A DNA stretch of 64,000 bases. Origin: Acidimicrobiia bacterium (GTDB taxonomy: Bacteria > Actinomycetota > Acidimicrobiia > Spongiisociales > ZC4RG35). The position numbers were made by a program, and so were the translations under genes. How positions within the stretch are numbered: the stretch's first letter is position 1; every line of letters starts with the position of its first letter. Below, piece by piece: positions 28,294 through 38,113 of this stretch. The stretch spans positions 2,336,001 through 2,400,000 of the forward strand of contig OZ244034.1 in assembly GCA_965215185.1 (NCBI GenBank), read 5' to 3'. Below the pieces are notes generated by a model. That model was not told the origin of the DNA and did not search any database. It saw nothing but the letters and a program-made list of their open reading frames with translations.

Positions 28294-29034
28294 TCAGGCG
28301 ACCCAGGATTCGGGGTGCCGTAGGGTGTATTCATGTCTGACCACGTGGTAGCTGGGGCGAGTCAAACCCGATCCCATCGCTTCTTGGTGCCGAGCAATGA
28401 CAGTCTCCGTGTCCCCTTCTTCCAGGGAATGAGAAACCCTTCCCCACTCCAGCATCACCATGATCTCCGGCTCGGCGCCGGGATAGACGGTGTGTTTTCC
28501 ATCCTCAAAACATACCCTGCCGCGAAAAAACCCCGGCAAGCTCCGCAGACGGAAGAATTCCTCGGTTCGATACCACTCCAAGAGCCTGGGACGATCCGGA
28601 TCCGGCAGATCGAAGCGAATGGTGGTCACCGCCGGGCCGATCAGGGCGCCGGCCAAGCTGGGACGGTGCGGATCGTCATGAACCGAATCGGGAATGCCCT
28701 CGGTGAGCACCTGGTCGTAGATCATTAGAGAATGATTGGAGATCTTCTCGGCGATTATCAAATCCAGTTGCGGGTCGGAAGCCCTCATCTCGTCGTAGAT
28801 CTTGCCGAAGATCTCGATGCCCGGTATTTCGTAGAAGTTGCATATCCACGGCGACCCCACAACCGCCTGGTAGCCGTGAGCGCTGTACTGGCCCACCGAG
28901 ACCGCGTCGGGACCATGCCGACGTTTGTACCCATCGGTGAATTCCGGAATGTAGTCAGGGTCCACATCCATGCGGGAGTTGTACATCCTAGGCAGCAAGT
29001 AATGCTCCTCTCCTGGGGCTGAACAGGTCGGCAA
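28294..29034 (-). CDS. Hypothetical protein, possible dimeric alpha/beta barrel (EthD-like); tandem paralog 2, start uncertain
   Basis: RMDVDPDYIPEFTDGYKRRHGPD, two repeated half-domains. Confidence 0.7.
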   Translation of the reverse strand: MPTCSAPGEEHYLLPRMYNSRMDVDPDYIPEFTDGYKRRHGPDAVSVGQYSAHGYQAVVGSPWICNFYEIPGIEIFGKIYDEMRASDPQLDLIIAEKISNHSLMIYDQVLTEGIPDSVHDDPHRPSLAGALIGPAVTTIRFDLPDPDRPRLLEWYRTEEFFRLRSLPGFFRGRVCFEDGKHTVYPGAEPEIMVMLEWGRVSHSLEEGDTETVIARHQEAMGSGLTRPSYHVVRHEYTLRHPESWVA

Positions 29035-29186
29035 GATACTTGCTTCCAGCCTAATGCTTCCGGTTGGTCTCCTCCTTGGTCACCCTTCCCCAATACTGCC
29101 GGAGAGCAGGAACTTTCTCGACCAGTCGGAACCCCGTAGTCAGGACCGGCAGCGAACTCGGGGCAGTTCCGACCGCGGGCCTGGTT

Positions 29187-29891
29187 TCAAGCCACCCATG
29201 ATTCTGGGTGTCGCAGGGAGTACTCGTGTCGGACCACGTGATAGCTGGGACGGGTCAACCCCGCGCCCATCGAATCCTGGTGACGACCGATGACACTCTC
29301 GGTGTCCCCTAATTCCAGGGCGTGAGCGACGCTTCCCCACTCGAGCATCACCATGATCTCGGCTTCGCGTCCCGGGTACACCGTGTGCTTTCCCTCTTCG
29401 AAACAAACCCTGCCCCGAACGAACCCCTCCATACCCCGCAGGCGGGGGAATTCCTCGGCGCCGTACCACTCCAAGAGCCGGGGTCGCTGGGCGACGGGCA
29501 GGTCGAAACGGATAGTGGTGACCGCCGGGCCGATTACGGTGCCTGCCAAGCTGGGCCGGTGCGGATCGTCATGAACAGAATCGGCGATGCCCTCGGTGAG
29601 CACTTGATCGTAAATCATCAGTGAGTGGTTGAATATCTTTTCCGCAACGATCACATCCAACTGCTGGTCGGCCATCCTGGTGCGGTCGTAGGTCTCACTG
29701 AATATGTGCACTCCCGGGATCTCATAGAAGTTGCATATCCACGGCGACCCGACCACCGCCTGGTAGCCATGAGCGCTGTACATACCAACCGACACCACAT
29801 CTGGACCATGCCGACGCTTGTACCAGTCGGTGAACTCCGGCACATAATCGGGATCAACATCCATTCGGGAGTTGTACATCTTCGGCAGCAT
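29187..29891 (-). CDS. Hypothetical protein, possible dimeric alpha/beta barrel (EthD-like); tandem paralog 1
   Basis: RMDVDPDYVPEFTDWYKRRHGPD...LLEWYGAEEFPRLRGMEGF; colinear with its neighbour. Confidence 0.75.
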   Translation of the reverse strand: MLPKMYNSRMDVDPDYVPEFTDWYKRRHGPDVVSVGMYSAHGYQAVVGSPWICNFYEIPGVHIFSETYDRTRMADQQLDVIVAEKIFNHSLMIYDQVLTEGIADSVHDDPHRPSLAGTVIGPAVTTIRFDLPVAQRPRLLEWYGAEEFPRLRGMEGFVRGRVCFEEGKHTVYPGREAEIMVMLEWGSVAHALELGDTESVIGRHQDSMGAGLTRPSYHVVRHEYSLRHPESWVA

Positions 29892-29969
29892 CTGCGCTCC
29901 TGTCTTGCGGTAAAAAGGGCGGGAAAAGACGCCTCTCAGCCTAGTGCTCAGGGACGATCTCCTCCCGGG

Positions 29970-31223
29970 TCACCTCTCCTTTTTTGCGATCCCGAAGGTG
30001 ATGGGAAGAGTCTCCAACAGCCGGAATTGAAAGTGGGGGCGGCGGCGGAACTCGGTGGCCGCCAACCGGATGGGATCAAAGCGTTGGAGCAACTCCCTGA
30101 TCGCAACCTGCGCCTCCATGCGAGCCAGGGGCGCTCCCAGGCAAAGGTGCCTACCCCCGCCGAAAGAGAGGTGCTTGATGTCCGGACGGTGGATATCTAT
30201 TTGGTCAGGATGATCGTAGAGATCTGGGTCGCGGTTGGCGGCGGCGATCAGAGCCAGGACCCGCTCTCCCGGAAACATGCGCTCCCCGTCCACCTCCCAA
30301 TCGGTGGTCAGATAGCGATAGTGGGCATGCAGCGGCGCTTCCCAGCGCAGGAACTCCTCCACCGCGTTGGACACCAACTCTGGGGAGGACCGCAGGAGGT
30401 CCATCTGCTCGGGGTTCTGGAGGAGGCCCAGCACCATCGAGCCGATCAGGCCCATGGTGGTCTCGAACCCGGCAGTGAGCAGACCGCGAAGCGTGGCGAT
30501 CAGTTCGTCACGCGACAGCCGGTCTCCAACCTCTTCCAACGCCACCAGACGGGAAGTGAGATTGTCGGAGGGAAACTCTCGATGGCGGTCTACCAAAGCG
30601 CCCAGATACTCGATGAAATTGCCACAGGATCGATGGCACAACTCGATGCCCTCCTCGTCGTTGGCGTCGGGCACGAACATGCGGAGCAGATCGGGAGTCC
30701 AATCCATCAGCATCTGCCAATCCTGGTCGGGGATTCCCAGAAGGCCACAGATCACCCGCATGGGCACCACCATGGCGAAATCCGACATCACTTCCATCTC
30801 TCCCCGCGGCTCTACCGCATCCAACGCCTCGGTGACGATTCGCTCAACCATGGGGCGGTATCCCTCGGTAGCGCGAGGGGTGAAGGCCGGACTCAGCAGG
30901 CGGCGCAGTCGAGTGTGGTCGGGCGGGTCGGACATGGAGATGCTGTGCGCCCACATCCGGGCCGCCGGACCTCCGCGCAGGGCCTTGGGAATCTCTCCTC
31001 CGGGCGGGCGCATCCGAGAAGCCGAACTTCCCAACACCGATGCGGCGTCTGGGAACCGGCTCACCACCCGGGCGCCGCCGTCGCCCAAGGCCGCCTGGCC
31101 GACCGGGCATTGCTGGCGAAGCCGCTCGTACACCGGGTAGGGGTCGGCCAGTAACTCCGGGTCGGTGGGATCGTAGACGATCCTCGTCCCCTCATCCCCT
31201 TTTGGCGATGGCGCTGTGTTCAT
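29970..31223 (-). CDS. Cytochrome P450
   Basis: DPPDHTRLR, LLTAGFETT, EEFLR, FGGGRHLCLG. Confidence 0.96.
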   Translation of the reverse strand: MNTAPSPKGDEGTRIVYDPTDPELLADPYPVYERLRQQCPVGQAALGDGGARVVSRFPDAASVLGSSASRMRPPGGEIPKALRGGPAARMWAHSISMSDPPDHTRLRRLLSPAFTPRATEGYRPMVERIVTEALDAVEPRGEMEVMSDFAMVVPMRVICGLLGIPDQDWQMLMDWTPDLLRMFVPDANDEEGIELCHRSCGNFIEYLGALVDRHREFPSDNLTSRLVALEEVGDRLSRDELIATLRGLLTAGFETTMGLIGSMVLGLLQNPEQMDLLRSSPELVSNAVEEFLRWEAPLHAHYRYLTTDWEVDGERMFPGERVLALIAAANRDPDLYDHPDQIDIHRPDIKHLSFGGGRHLCLGAPLARMEAQVAIRELLQRFDPIRLAATEFRRRPHFQFRLLETLPITFGIAKKER

Positions 31224-31240
31224 GTGACTGCTTTTCGTGT

Positions 31241-32839
31241 CTAGGCCCCGCTCATCGCCCGCAGTTCCCGCTTGAGGATCTTGCCCTGGGTGTCGATCGG
31301 GAGGCTCTCCACCACGTGAACCGCCTTGGGGACCTTGTAACCGGCCAAGGATTGCTTGCAGTGGACGATCACCGCCGCCGGATCAACCTCAGCGCCGGGC
31401 GCGATCACCGCGAAAGCCGTCACCGCTTCCGACCAGTAGTCGTCGGGGACCCCCACCACCGCCACCTGCATGATTCCCGGATATCCGTACAGCACTCGCT
31501 CCACCTCTTGGCTGGAGACGTTCATGCCGCCGCTTTTGATCATGTCCTTTTTGCGGTCGAAGAAGAACAGGTTGCCATCGTCGTCGATTCTCACCAGGTC
31601 ACCGGTGCGCAGCCACCCATCCCGGAACACCTCGGCGGTCTTCTCCGGATCGCGGTAGTAGCCGACCATGGCGGAAGGAGACCGGCAAGCCAACTCACCG
31701 ATTTCGGCATGTTGGTCGTCGTCGTCGAACACCGCTACCTCCAGTTGCGGCACAGCCTTGCCGATCCAGGTGGGATCGCCGCCCGGGATCTCGTCCAGGC
31801 TGCTGAACCACCCGACCGAACCCAACTGGGTGAGTTCCGACTGCCCCCAATAGGTGGCCCACAGTACTTCGGGATTGGCCTTGGCCCATCCTTCCAACAT
31901 GGCCCGGGGAACCGTGCCACCGTAGGTGATGCATCGGCGCAGGCTCGAGAAGTCGTAGTCCTCGAACCCCTCCACCTGGGTCATCGCCAAATAGAAGGTG
32001 GGCGTCTGAGCCATGATGGTCACCTTCTCGTCAGCCATCATCTTGGCCGCCTTCGGCGGATCCACCGCATGAACCAGCACCAAGGTGGCGCCCAACAGGG
32101 TGAGAGTGGTCATGCTGCCCAAACCGGCGATGGTGAAAAAGGGCATCAGGAACAGCCAAACCTCGTCGGGAGCGATCCCCAGCGCCGACTGCCAGGCGGG
32201 CGTGGTGGAGATCAGGTAATTGCGATGGGGGATCATCACCCCCTTGGGATAGGCCTCGGTGCCACTCGTGTACTGGATGATGGCCAGATCGTTCTCGCCC
32301 ACGTCGGCCTCCGGTTCAGAATCGTCTCGGTCCTCACCGACCAATGTCGAGATCCGAGTCCAACCGGCCGGCCCGGCGTCTGAGACAACATCGGAAACTA
32401 AGAAGTGTTCCACGGCCGCCAATTGTTCGGCGATCGGCTCGAAGCGATCGACAAACACCGATTCCACCACTACCACCTTGGGCTGGCAGTGATCCACCTG
32501 ATAGGTGATCTCTCGGGCGGTGAAAGTAAAGTTGATACCGGTCAGCGCGGCGCCGAGCTTGAGGGTGGCGTAATAGATCGCCACATAGTCGGGGCTGTTG
32601 CGGGACATGATCGCCACCACATCGCCCCGGCCCACTCCTCGCTCGGAAAGGGCATGAGCCATACGGTTGACCATCCGGTTCAACGACCCGTAGGTGTGCA
32701 CCTCCCGTTCGCCTTCGGTGGTATAAAAGATAAGGGCGGGTTTGTGGGGCTGCAGGCTGGCGTTGCGCCGCAACTGGTCCCCAATGGTCGCCCTGCCTAT
32801 GACAGTGTCCCGCTGGTGCATTCCGGTATCGACGATCAT
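31241..32839 (-). CDS. Acyl-CoA synthetase (AMP-binding)
   Basis: YTSGTEAYPKG, WGQSE, GWLRTGD, KKDMIKSGG, QGK. Confidence 0.93.
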   Translation of the reverse strand: MIVDTGMHQRDTVIGRATIGDQLRRNASLQPHKPALIFYTTEGEREVHTYGSLNRMVNRMAHALSERGVGRGDVVAIMSRNSPDYVAIYYATLKLGAALTGINFTFTAREITYQVDHCQPKVVVVESVFVDRFEPIAEQLAAVEHFLVSDVVSDAGPAGWTRISTLVGEDRDDSEPEADVGENDLAIIQYTSGTEAYPKGVMIPHRNYLISTTPAWQSALGIAPDEVWLFLMPFFTIAGLGSMTTLTLLGATLVLVHAVDPPKAAKMMADEKVTIMAQTPTFYLAMTQVEGFEDYDFSSLRRCITYGGTVPRAMLEGWAKANPEVLWATYWGQSELTQLGSVGWFSSLDEIPGGDPTWIGKAVPQLEVAVFDDDDQHAEIGELACRSPSAMVGYYRDPEKTAEVFRDGWLRTGDLVRIDDDGNLFFFDRKKDMIKSGGMNVSSQEVERVLYGYPGIMQVAVVGVPDDYWSEAVTAFAVIAPGAEVDPAAVIVHCKQSLAGYKVPKAVHVVESLPIDTQGKILKRELRAMSGA

Positions 32840-32875
32840 ATAGGCGTCCTCCTTACGTTTTCTTTCGTGCCGATG

Positions 32876-33286
32876 TCATATCTGTTGCGCGCCTCGACGT
32901 CTGACTTCCACCAGTCGCCGCGCCTCTTCAACAATGTCCGCAAACATTGATCCGGGCGGAAAGGTGGAGGCTCCTCGGTCCTGCAAGACCGATCGGTGCT
33001 GTGGCTGGATGGTTCCACCCACCATCACCCCGGCGTCGGGAGCACAACTCTCCAGTTCATCAAGGATCCGCATCACCACCGGCAGACTACCCCCCACGTT
33101 CAGACCTACCACGTCCGCGTCTTCCTGAACGGCGGCCGCCGCTATCTCTTGGGCCGTGGCCATCCCCAGGTATATCACCTCGAACCCGGCGTCACGCAGC
33201 ACATGCACCACCACCGCCGGACCTCGCCAGTGGCCGTCTAGGGCAGTCTTGGCAAACAACACCTTGCCCGGCCGGTCAACGCTCAA
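32876..33286 (-). CDS. Cobalamin-binding small subunit of an acyl-CoA mutase
   Basis: TTG start overlapping the upstream stop; AKTALDGHWRG (DxHxxG), GFEVIYLG, QEDADVVGL, VGGTI. Confidence 0.9.
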   Translation of the reverse strand: MSVDRPGKVLFAKTALDGHWRGPAVVVHVLRDAGFEVIYLGMATAQEIAAAAVQEDADVVGLNVGGSLPVVMRILDELESCAPDAGVMVGGTIQPQHRSVLQDRGASTFPPGSMFADIVEEARRLVEVRRRGAQQI

Positions 33287-34917
33287 AATGAGATCGGCAC
33301 CTTCCAGTCCCCGAAAACCTCGCTGAACACATCTCCGAATTCTCCCAGAGTGGCCTGTGCGGCCACCGCTTCCATCACGGCGGGCATGATGTTGTCGTCC
33401 CCTCGACACGCCGTCTCCAAGTCGCGCAGAGCGGCCACCGCCGCTCGACCGTCCCGTTCCCGCCGGACCAGGCTCAATCTCTCCATGGAGCTCTCCCAGA
33501 CTCCCTCCACCGGCTCGAACCCGGTCATCTCCCAAGGCGCCACATCCTCGGTGAAGGCATTGACGCCCACCATCGTGGCGTTCCCCCAGTTGACCGCGCC
33601 CGCCAGGTCCAGTTGATTGACCGCGGCCAGCGAATGAAGCCACCCCTCGTCCAGCACCGCCGCGAAACCGCCCCGACTCTCGATTTCTTCGAACATCTCC
33701 CAGGCCCGGGCCTCCAATTCGGCGGTCAGCGCCTCCACATAGTGCGATCCACCCAATGGGTCGGCCACCGCCGGGATGTTGGTCTCATGATGGATGATCT
33801 GCTGGATGCGTAGCGACATCTGGTGAGCGTGCTCGGAAGGAACCGACATGGCCTCGTCATAAGTGGACACCCCCAGAGACTGGGTGCCGCCCAGCACCGA
33901 GGCCATGGCCATGATGGTTCCCCGGGCGATGTTGTTGAGAGGTTGCTGGTAGGCAAGAGCCGATCCGGCGGTCACAATGTGAATGCGCAGTCGGGTGGCC
34001 CGCGGGTCGGTTATCCCGTAGCGGCGTCTCAGCAGATCAACCCACATTTTGCGGGCCGCTCGCATCTTGCAGATGTCCTCGAAGAAGTCCATCGCCACCC
34101 GCAGGTTGATCCCTCCCACCATATAGGCCAGCCGGGCCAGGTTCTCCGGCGCCCGACGTTTGATCTCGTCCAGATACACCACCGCGTTGGCGAACAGCGC
34201 GGCCAACTCCTGATAGGCGTTCAAACCAGTGTCGGCCGCGTTGTATGCAGCGATCGAGACCGGGACCCAACGGGGCAGATGACGTCCGCAGAACTCGATG
34301 ATGTCGGTGTTGAGCCGGATCCCCGCTTCGGTGGGAACCTGACGTTTGGGAATGCACCCCAGGTAGGTGAGGAAGAAGTCGCTCTGCCCGGTGCCCGAGA
34401 GCCGGGATAGATCCAAGCCGCGCCGCTGCGCCACCGTCCAATAGCACCCCAGCGCAAAGGGGGCATGCTGGACCACCGCTCCCCCGGGGTGGGCGTAATA
34501 GCGACCCATGTCGATGCCGTCCAGCACCGTCTCGTAGTCCCGGACGCTTTGGATCACCGCCCCGGTCTGTCCCACATCTTCACGGCGGGCCACCACTTCG
34601 GGGTGATCCACGTTGTAGAGATGGTCGGCGGTGTTGCGGTCGTGCTCCATTATGAAGCCCGTCTCTCCCTGGCTCAGCAGGAACTTGATCCGCTCCCGCT
34701 CATCCTCGGGGTTGCCATGTCCGCTGAGCTGGAACACCCGCCAAGGCTTGGTCCGGTACATGCCGGGATAGGCACCGCGGAGATAAGGTGGGGCCCCCGG
34801 CGGACCAGCGGCGGCTTCCCGAGCCTCGTCGGGCACATCGTCGGGGCCGTACCAGCCCTGTACCGGTATCCCGGACGCTGTGAAAAACTGATCAGATGTG
34901 ACCTGGTCAGAACTCAT
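33283..34917 (-). CDS. B12-dependent acyl-CoA mutase large subunit (methylmalonyl-CoA mutase family, atypical specificity residues)
   Basis: PGAPPYLRGAYPGMY, EDICKMRAAR, QQPLNNIAR, LGGTQSL, DPLGGS, ATLGE. Confidence 0.92.
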   Translation of the reverse strand: MSSDQVTSDQFFTASGIPVQGWYGPDDVPDEAREAAAGPPGAPPYLRGAYPGMYRTKPWRVFQLSGHGNPEDERERIKFLLSQGETGFIMEHDRNTADHLYNVDHPEVVARREDVGQTGAVIQSVRDYETVLDGIDMGRYYAHPGGAVVQHAPFALGCYWTVAQRRGLDLSRLSGTGQSDFFLTYLGCIPKRQVPTEAGIRLNTDIIEFCGRHLPRWVPVSIAAYNAADTGLNAYQELAALFANAVVYLDEIKRRAPENLARLAYMVGGINLRVAMDFFEDICKMRAARKMWVDLLRRRYGITDPRATRLRIHIVTAGSALAYQQPLNNIARGTIMAMASVLGGTQSLGVSTYDEAMSVPSEHAHQMSLRIQQIIHHETNIPAVADPLGGSHYVEALTAELEARAWEMFEEIESRGGFAAVLDEGWLHSLAAVNQLDLAGAVNWGNATMVGVNAFTEDVAPWEMTGFEPVEGVWESSMERLSLVRRERDGRAAVAALRDLETACRGDDNIMPAVMEAVAAQATLGEFGDVFSEVFGDWKVPISF

Positions 34918-34953
34918 GTGCGGGAATTGCGGAAAAACACAACTCTCATCATC

Positions 34954-35853
34954 TTAGAAGCCAGGGCTCTTTCGGATACTCAAATGAACCACCGCAATTC
35001 CCAGGGCTGTCAGCGCCACTCCGGTCACTTCGAGAGAAGAAAGAGTCTGGCCCAAGACCATCCAGGCCGTCAAAACTCCCACAATCGGCTCGGAAGTGGC
35101 GGCAACCCCCGCCGGGCCGGGACTGATGTAGCGGAGGGCGCTCATCAGCAGCAGATACGCGAGCGCCATACCCATCACCGAGACCCAAGCCACTCCCACC
35201 CAGCCTCCCAGCGACAGTTGGGGCACTTCCACCGGAAGCACCACCAGCCAGATCAACGCGGCAATGGTCAGGCTGTAAGAACCGTAGGTGAGAGGATGCA
35301 GGGTCCTGCCCAGCTTTTCGGCCACGATGGTGAGGGCGGCGTAGGAGAAAGCCGATGCCAGGCCCGCCAGCACCCCCACCGCGTCCGCGTAGTCGGCGGT
35401 GAAGGCGCCGGTAACCAGTCCGATTCCCAACACCGCCCCCGCCGCTCCCAGCCAACCGGTGATCGGAACCTGCAAACGCTGGACGAAGCGTCTCCACATC
35501 AGCATCAGAATCGGTCCCAGGTACTGAATGGTGATTCCCGGGCCCACTCCCAGCCGTTCAACCGCTACATAGAAGACAAAGGTGATCACCGCGGTGATGG
35601 CGCCGAGCAGCATCAGCCAGCCCAGTTGTCCTCCATGATGCATCAGGCCCTTGCGAGCAGCCAACGCCGAGAGGACGACCGCCGCCACCACCAAGCGGTA
35701 TTGATTGAGTTCGGCCGGACCGATCGATGAGAACAGACCGGCGGCCACCGTGTCCGAGATTCCGAACAGGATTCCTCCGCTCAAAGCCATGGCAAAACCG
35801 AGACCGGGGCGCCGCGACAAGGAGGCCGGCTGGGGGGATGACGTCATTCCCAT
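34954..35853 (-). CDS. EamA/DMT family transporter
   Basis: About ten hydrophobic helices, IQYLGP, TSEPI. Confidence 0.88.
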   Translation of the reverse strand: MGMTSSPQPASLSRRPGLGFAMALSGGILFGISDTVAAGLFSSIGPAELNQYRLVVAAVVLSALAARKGLMHHGGQLGWLMLLGAITAVITFVFYVAVERLGVGPGITIQYLGPILMLMWRRFVQRLQVPITGWLGAAGAVLGIGLVTGAFTADYADAVGVLAGLASAFSYAALTIVAEKLGRTLHPLTYGSYSLTIAALIWLVVLPVEVPQLSLGGWVGVAWVSVMGMALAYLLLMSALRYISPGPAGVAATSEPIVGVLTAWMVLGQTLSSLEVTGVALTALGIAVVHLSIRKSPGF

Positions 35854-35987
35854 TTCAGACTATGCCCGGCGCTCCCCCTCCCCCATCCGCAAGTCACCTC
35901 TATCAAGCTGATACCTGGGTCTGGCTGGGTTTCCTACCGGTAATCTGGACTTTGTCAATGCCACTAGCCGATAGGTCTGTACGTTCC

Positions 35988-38108
35988 ATGAAAACTCCCG
36001 GCTCTCCAGTGGCCACCTATCGAATCGGGGTTGATATTGGAGGCACCTTTACCGATCTGCTGCTGATCGACGACCGGTCGGGAAAGACGGTGGTGGGAAA
36101 GGTGTTGACCACTGCCGACGATCCTTCCCGGGGGGTGGAAGACGTGCTTCTGCACGCCTTGGAGGGCTGCGGCATCACTGCGGCACAAATCAGACACCTA
36201 GTGCATGGAACCACTCTGGTGACTAACACCATCATCGAACGTAAAGGGGCTCGTACCGCCTTGCTGGCCACCCAGGGTTTTCGAGACTCGGTCGAGATAG
36301 GTCGGGAGCACCGCTATGAGCTCTATGACCTGTTTCTGGAGTTGCCGCGCCCCCTGACTCCTCGCCATCTTCGTTTTGATGTGCCCGAACGGACTTTGGC
36401 GGGTGGGGAAACACTTCAGGAGGTGGATGAGGAGTTGGTGGAGATTCTCGCCGCCGAGTTGGCGGAGCGGGGAATCGAGGCGGTGGCGATCAGCTTCTTG
36501 CACAGCTTCGCCAATCCAGCCAACGAACAGGCTGCTCGCCGGGCGGTTAACCGCGCCGCACCGGGGTTGCGGGTCTCCATCTCCTCGGAGGTGGCGCCCG
36601 AGATTCGAGAGTACGAACGCGTTTGCACCACCATCGCCAATGTTTATGTCCAGCCGCTGGCCGAGCAATACCTGCAGGACTTGGAGGGCCGGCTTGCCGA
36701 CCTGGGATTTCAAGGATCGTTTTTTGTGATGTTGTCCTCGGGAGGGATCGCCACGGTGGAGACCGCCACCCGCTTTCCGATCCGCCTGCTCGAATCCGGC
36801 CCGGCGGCCGGCGCTCTGGCCGCCGCCACCCTGGGCGCAGACGCCGGGGTGGATGACCTGCTGTCATTTGACATGGGTGGCACCACCGCCAAGCTGTGCG
36901 TCATCGCGGAGCGGCGCCCAGAAGTCACTTATGACTTCGAAGTCGACCGACGTTACCGGTTTCGCAAGGGCTCGGGGCTTCCGGTGAAAGCGCCGGTGAT
37001 TGAGATGATCGAGATTGGGGCGGGAGGAGGTTCCATCGCTCGGATAAACCAGCTTGGACTGCTCAAGATCGGACCGGATTCGGCCGGCTCGGATCCCGGA
37101 CCGGCGTGTTATGGGCTGGGCGGCGCCCAACCCACTGTCACCGACGCCGACCTGACGCTGGGCTATCTCGACCCCGACTATTTCCTGGGGGGTCGGATGC
37201 CCCTAGACGCCGAGTCGGCCCGCCGGGCCATCGAATCCCAGATCGCGGAGCCACTGGGACTGCCGGTCGCCGACGCCGCCTGGGGCATCCACCAATTGGT
37301 GAACGAAAACATGGCTAACGCCGCCCGGGTCCATGTGGTGGAGCGGGGCAAGAACCCCCGCTCGCTACCCGTGATCGCTTTTGGAGGGGCAGGTCCGATG
37401 CACGGGTACCGGGTTGCCGAGTTGACCGGCTGTCCCGGCTTGATTCTTCCCCCTGCCGCCGGGGTCACCTCGGCTCTGGGGTTCCTGGTCGCCCCGCTGG
37501 CTTTTGATTTCGTCCAGTCCTATTACGCGCAACTGGACGATCTGGACTGGAATTACCTCAACCGGATTTTTTCGGACCTCGAAGAGCATGGGACCGCGTT
37601 GCTGACCGATTCGGGCGCGGTACCCGATGACATCACCCACACTCGAAGCGTCGACATCCGCTACATAGGACAGGGCCACGAGGTGCGAGTTCCGGTTCCG
37701 GGGGGCCTGCTGAGCGAGAAGGACCAGCAAGCCCTGCAGCAGGATTTCGATCAGGTCTACAGAAGTCTCTATGGCCGGTCCGGCCCGGATGTGGGGCTGG
37801 AGGCCCTCACCTGGAGAGTGGTCAGCGCCGGACCGAAGCCGCTGATCCATCGGCAGCCACGTGAGGTGAGGTCCCTCGACCGTACGGCTCTCAAGGGACG
37901 TAGACCCGCCTATTTTTCCGAGTACGCCGCCTTTGCGGACACCCCCGTCTACGACCGTTACCGACTGCGGGAAGGAGACCAAATCAAAGGTCCAGCCATC
38001 ATCGAGGAGCGGGAGTCGACCGCCGTTATCGGCCCGGGTGGCGACATCCGGGTGGACTCCGGGTTCAATCTGGTGGTGTCGCTTCCTGGAAGGAATGGAG
38101 GAGGTTGA
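35988..38108 (+). CDS. Hydantoinase/oxoprolinase subunit A
   Basis: IGVDIGGTFTD, HGTTLVTN, ESGPAAG, DMGGTT, IGAGGGS, PTVTDA. Confidence 0.94.
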   Translation: MKTPGSPVATYRIGVDIGGTFTDLLLIDDRSGKTVVGKVLTTADDPSRGVEDVLLHALEGCGITAAQIRHLVHGTTLVTNTIIERKGARTALLATQGFRDSVEIGREHRYELYDLFLELPRPLTPRHLRFDVPERTLAGGETLQEVDEELVEILAAELAERGIEAVAISFLHSFANPANEQAARRAVNRAAPGLRVSISSEVAPEIREYERVCTTIANVYVQPLAEQYLQDLEGRLADLGFQGSFFVMLSSGGIATVETATRFPIRLLESGPAAGALAAATLGADAGVDDLLSFDMGGTTAKLCVIAERRPEVTYDFEVDRRYRFRKGSGLPVKAPVIEMIEIGAGGGSIARINQLGLLKIGPDSAGSDPGPACYGLGGAQPTVTDADLTLGYLDPDYFLGGRMPLDAESARRAIESQIAEPLGLPVADAAWGIHQLVNENMANAARVHVVERGKNPRSLPVIAFGGAGPMHGYRVAELTGCPGLILPPAAGVTSALGFLVAPLAFDFVQSYYAQLDDLDWNYLNRIFSDLEEHGTALLTDSGAVPDDITHTRSVDIRYIGQGHEVRVPVPGGLLSEKDQQALQQDFDQVYRSLYGRSGPDVGLEALTWRVVSAGPKPLIHRQPREVRSLDRTALKGRRPAYFSEYAAFADTPVYDRYRLREGDQIKGPAIIEERESTAVIGPGGDIRVDSGFNLVVSLPGRNGGG

Positions 38109-38113
38109 GCGGG

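Noticed and set aside
13108-35730. Long plus-strand ORFs opposite the catabolic genes (e.g. 13108-14562, 29625-31154, 31040-32383, 34465-35730)
   Set aside because: Antisense shadows typical of high-GC genes; no recognisable motifs.
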